64,000 nucleotides of DNA, from NCBI GenBank assembly GCA_965209055.1, contig OZ242374.1:5920001-5984000 (forward strand), written 5' to 3'. The stretch is from Acidobacteriota bacterium. Lineage in GTDB: Bacteria > Acidobacteriota > UBA6911 > RPQK01 > JAJDTT01. The stretch's first letter is position 1. Each line of letters starts with the position of its first letter. The translations under genes were made by a program, and so were the position numbers. Shown piece by piece: positions 62,691 through 64,000 of the stretch. The notes under the pieces are model-generated. The model was not told where the DNA came from. It did no database searches and saw nothing but the letters and a program-made list of their open reading frames with translations.

Positions 62691-63470
62691 TCAAGGAGAA
62701 ATGGCCCGGGCCAACCGGATGCCGATGCCGAAGGTCCCGCCGGTGGTGTACCCGAGGCGGTACGCGGAACGCAGGGACCCGGGGTCGCTGACCAGGGATC
62801 CGCCGCGCATGACGCGCAGGGAACAGTCCCCGCGCTCCCACGCCGTTCCGTCCGCCGGCGCTCCCCGGTAACTCTCGTTCCAACAGTCCTGCACCCACTC
62901 CCACACGTTCCCGTGCACGTCGTAGAGGCCCCATCCGTTCGGTCCGAACGACCCTGCCGGCGCCGTTTGCCGATCATCCCACCGGCTGCCGCAGCCCCGG
63001 CAGTTCGCCCGGTTGCGGCCGATCGCGCTCCCCCAACTGTAGGGCGTCGCCGTCCCCGCCCGCGCCGCATACTCCCACTCCGCCTCGCTGGGCAGCCGGT
63101 ACCGCCGCCCCGTCTCAGCCGACAGCCACCTCGTATACGCCACCGCATCCGCCCAGGAGACGTTGATCACCGGCCGCCGTCCCCGGCCCCAGCCCTGGTC
63201 CGCCGCGGGCGCCCGGCCGGTCGCTTCCGTGAACCGATCGTATTCTTCGAACGTCACCTCGTATCTGGACAGCTCGAACCCCTCCACCCTCACTTCATGC
63301 ACCGGATGCTCCCAGTCGACGCAGTCGCGGCCCGAGACGCATCCCATCCGGAAACTTCCGCCCGGAATCTCCACCATTTCCGGCTCGCGCGGCAGCCGTT
63401 CCCCGGCCACACCCGTCCCGGGGGACGTCAAAAGATGAAAAATGAGGGCGACGAAGATCAGTCCGGACAT
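62691..63470 (-). CDS. Formylglycine-generating-enzyme (SUMF1) domain protein
   Basis: PGGSFRMG, YEVT, PVINVSW, RLPSEAEWEYAAR, GLYDVHGNVWEW; ATG 63470. Confidence 0.92.
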   Translation of the reverse strand: MSGLIFVALIFHLLTSPGTGVAGERLPREPEMVEIPGGSFRMGCVSGRDCVDWEHPVHEVRVEGFELSRYEVTFEEYDRFTEATGRAPAADQGWGRGRRPVINVSWADAVAYTRWLSAETGRRYRLPSEAEWEYAARAGTATPYSWGSAIGRNRANCRGCGSRWDDRQTAPAGSFGPNGWGLYDVHGNVWEWVQDCWNESYRGAPADGTAWERGDCSLRVMRGGSLVSDPGSLRSAYRLGYTTGGTFGIGIRLARAISP

Positions 63471-64000
63471 CACTTCCGCTTCACCCGCCGGGCGATCTCG
63501 GGGAGGCTGGCCAGGACCACCTCGCCGACCACCTCCAGGTTGGACGCCGAGAGCTTGTCGAGCGTGTCCGAAGGCTTGTGCCAGTGGGCGTAGCTGAGGT
63601 CGATGAGGTCCACGGCGGGGACTCCCGCCCGGAGGAAGGGGAGGTGATCGTCTTCGATGTGAGAGCCGCGTCCCGAGGGCCGGAAGATTCTCTCGTGGCC
63701 CAGCCGGGAGGCCTGGTTCCAGATGATCTCGTTCAGCCACGGAGTGGAATATCCTTCCCGGAAGAGCCGAAGGTCTTTCCCTCCCACCAGGTCCAGCAGG
63801 ATCATGGCGCCGATTTTGCGCAGGTTCCCCCGGGCTTTCTCCCGCTTCACGAACTCCCGGCTTCCGTAAAGGCTGTCGGCGGAGGTCCAGGTTTCCCCCA
63901 CTGCCTCCTCCCCGTCGAAGAAGACGAACCAGAGGGTCAGGCCGGTGGAGTTTTTCTCCACCAGCACCCGGGCCAGTTCCAGGACCAGGCCGCTGGTAGA
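63470..64000 (-). CDS. M28 family peptidase / glutaminyl-cyclase-like (3' part)
   Basis: FFDGEE, LLDLVG, EDDHLPF, HWHKPSDT. Confidence 0.85.
   Translation of the reverse strand, partial: STSGLVLELARVLVEKNSTGLTLWFVFFDGEEAVGETWTSADSLYGSREFVKREKARGNLRKIGAMILLDLVGGKDLRLFREGYSTPWLNEIIWNQASRLGHERIFRPSGRGSHIEDDHLPFLRAGVPAVDLIDLSYAHWHKPSDTLDKLSASNLEVVGEVVLASLPEIARRVKRK

Overview
GC-rich bacterial chromosomal window. The rplU-rpmA-obgE-nadD-rsfS-dksA-comF order and the adhesin style suggest, by inference only, an Acidobacteriota-like and possibly host-associated organism. The backbone is housekeeping/metabolic: recQ, asd, PPIase, rplU/rpmA/obgE/nadD/rsfS, trkAH, citrate synthase, nadA, LysR-gltBD and an acyl-CoA ligase-ACP-acyltransferase fusion. 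Two regions stand out. (1) At 8.26-15.24 kb, a translationally coupled 7-gene operon combines a GlmL/MutL-like actin-fold ATPase, a barrel-sandwich/KOW protein and four membrane proteins, with no B12 mutase in the window; it is a candidate uncharacterised ATP-driven membrane machine. (2) At about 33.8-47.7 kb, an accessory island carries an ECF sigma factor lacking the DAED motif, a multi-TM non-RD Ser/Thr kinase and a 1741-aa cadherin/PKD autotransporter-like adhesin. A repeated TGTCCG-N16-CGTYAYTA promoter-like motif lies upstream of the kinase, the adhesin and a decayed tandem copy of the kinase-adhesin cassette. The island also holds HigBA, an IS1182 remnant and the 5' end of a group IIC intron inserted at a REP-like hairpin. 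All family assignments come from motif recognition by eye; no searches were run.
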